Assembly (NCBI GenBank): GCA_013239625.1
Contig: MU054220.1
Span: 7,537,367-7,601,366 of the forward strand
Length of the DNA: 64,000 nt
From: Lama guanicoe
Taxonomy: Eukaryota
Direction of reading: 5' to 3'
Shown here piece by piece: positions 61,926-64,000 of the stretch; the stretch's first letter is position 1; each line of letters starts with the position of its first letter. A program made the translations under genes and the position numbers. Below the pieces are notes generated by a model, which was not told the DNA's origin, made no database searches, and saw only the letters and a list, made by a program, of their open reading frames with translations.

Positions 61926-64000
61926 GTTAGGGGCAACATCGAGAATTGGTAGTATCAGCTGACTGACAGATGGGAGACTAGCTTTTCCCTTCCTTGAATA
62001 AGTATTTTGAGGAGGTAGAATCTTATAATACTGTGTCTAAATCCATGGAATAAACAGTACTGGCAACTTTATGACCCCAGCTTAATCAAAGGCTTGACCC
62101 TTCCTTCCATCGCCACTACTAAAGGACCCTTGGTGTCTGTGACTGTGATTTAAACATTTACAAAAGAAAAAAAAATGGGATTTAGTCCTAAGTAAATTTA
62201 AGGAGATAGGAATTTCAGGCTCCACATCCTACCCTAGTTTCTTCACAATGCTATAGGAATGTAGATAAAAATCTTGTAAGTTTTCTGTTTGGTTTCTTCA
62301 TCAATGGGCCAACTCATTGTTCATACATGGAAGAAGACATGGAGATTCTTTTACTTCAAGTTTGTAAACATAGCAAAGTAACTGAAAAACTGGGGAAGAA
62401 AAGATAGAGATAATTTGAGGCAATACAGGTTTAAATAGAAAAAATTGCCTCATCTCATAAATGCTTAAAATGTGTGGGCACATGACCTTCTGCTTTGAAT
62501 ACAAAAAGAATGCATGTTTCTTGTGTATATATGTGTGTGTGTATAATATATATATATGTATGTATGTATACATCTTCCTGAGATGTTCTTATTTTAGCTT
62601 AATGTCTTCAAATCTACTTAACCACTGTTTAAATGGGTTTTGCATGTACAGAATCTCTTACTAAGATTTATATTGGGCACTTAACAAAGGATTAAAGACC
62701 AATGAATCCTCAGATAGCCACAGTACTACTTTTCTTAGTGTCTTTCCTAAAGAGGAACACAGATAAACAGGTATTTGTCTGAGTAATCTAAATGAAAAAC
62801 ACAATTTTATTCTCCTTTTCCTCTAAGAAAATTCCAATATAAGCAGTTGGTGGGTTTTCCATTTCGGTAACTGTTCTGTAATGGAATTTTTAAAAGCTGA
62901 AACAGAAATTTAGGCCTTTTTTTTTATAGCTCCCTTAGTGCTCAAGGTATCTGCTTATCAAAGTGGTTTTCAAAGTGATGAGTTAAATACTAGGGAAGAA
63001 GTGACTGGCGGAAACAAAGCTTTTAGCGTTGAGACAGAATGCAAAATTGTGAGCCTTGCTGGTGCCTGTGTATTAGCATAGAGCTGGGAGTTGAGGCTAC
63101 GTTTCAGAACCCTGGGCAAATCCTTTTACAATTCTGTGCATCGATTAATGGATTGGTGTGCTGAAGTTTTCAATGTTGTCTTAATTAATATTTGCACTGT
63201 ATTCTGGGGCCCTTGCGGGAACTTCTCTGCAGGAGTAAAAAGTCTGTTTTATGTGGGAGGAAAAAAGACAACGTTAAGTTAAAGGGAAAGGATTCTCTTG
63301 TTCTATCACACAGATTATCTTTTTCTCTGGAAGACAAAGTTTGAGTAAATGGCAGTGGGGAATAAGCACACTTTTTATTTCTTCAGAATAGTCCGGCATG
63401 TTGCCATACACATTACAACTGCACTGGAGGAGTTTGGAAAACCCAAAGACGATGCCAGAAAGAATCACAAAGGTGGGTAATGGCAGAAAAAAAAAAAAAA
63501 CTAAATAGATAAAGTATTAGAAGAAAATGAGAAAAAACAGATAAACATTTTGATAGTATTCAAATACATGTTGGCTATAAAATTCAGATGATGTGGGCAG
63601 GCTATGTTTAGCTTGGATGTTAGGCTTAGAGAGAAACTGAAGCTATCAGGTAGGCTCTGTGTTTGACTGTAACGGAGACCACAATACCAAAAAAACCAAA
63701 AAAAAAAAAAAAAAGAAAAAGAAAGAAAAGTGGGTTTAAACAATTATAGGTTTTATTTTTTGTGTTTTCTCACTCCCAGAAAAGTTCAGTACTTCTATGA
63801 TGGCTCAATAGAGACAGAGTTTCTTCCCATCTTTCTGTTGTAGAATCCTTTCTGTGTGCTTTTCCTATTGAAAGTCATCTTATGGCACAAAATACCTGCT
63901 GGACTGTAGTTACCTAGGCTGTATTTTAGGTCAAAAATAAGAAGAAAAAAGGAAAAGGCAAAAAAGTGTATTTCTGGAAATTCCACTTAATTTTTTTTTT

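Noticed and set aside
1..64000. CRISPR array, operon, defence system or CpG island
   Set aside because: Mammalian repeat-rich, CpG-depleted DNA; no regularly spaced repeat-spacer array, long ORFs or CpG-dense segment seen

Overview
AT-rich, CpG-poor mammalian genomic DNA, most likely camelid (camel/llama/alpaca). The taxon call rests on two tRNA-derived SINEs of the tylopod vic-1 type and several artiodactyl-type L1 3' ends. The window looks intronic or intergenic. I recognise no protein-coding gene, RNA gene, CpG island, CRISPR array or prokaryotic system; the ORFs in the track are chance ORFs, low-complexity translations or LINE remnants. A large fraction is interspersed repeat: ancient L2, MIR, L3/CR1, L1M, MaLR/ERVL LTRs, MER20 and a Tigger-type MITE, plus younger L1 3' fragments, SINEs and an ERV1-like solo LTR, several nested and several with target-site duplications (TSDs). 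Between these lie repeat-free blocks rich in SOX/homeodomain/MEIS/FOX motifs (candidate enhancers) and some unverified candidate exons. The best leads are a putative first-exon/promoter at ~44.2-44.4 kb, an interleaved double inverted repeat at ~50.7-50.8 kb, and three independent L1 inserts truncated at nearly the same position. Repeat subfamily names come from recalled consensus sequences, and boundaries of old elements are approximate. I found no convincing novel biological system.
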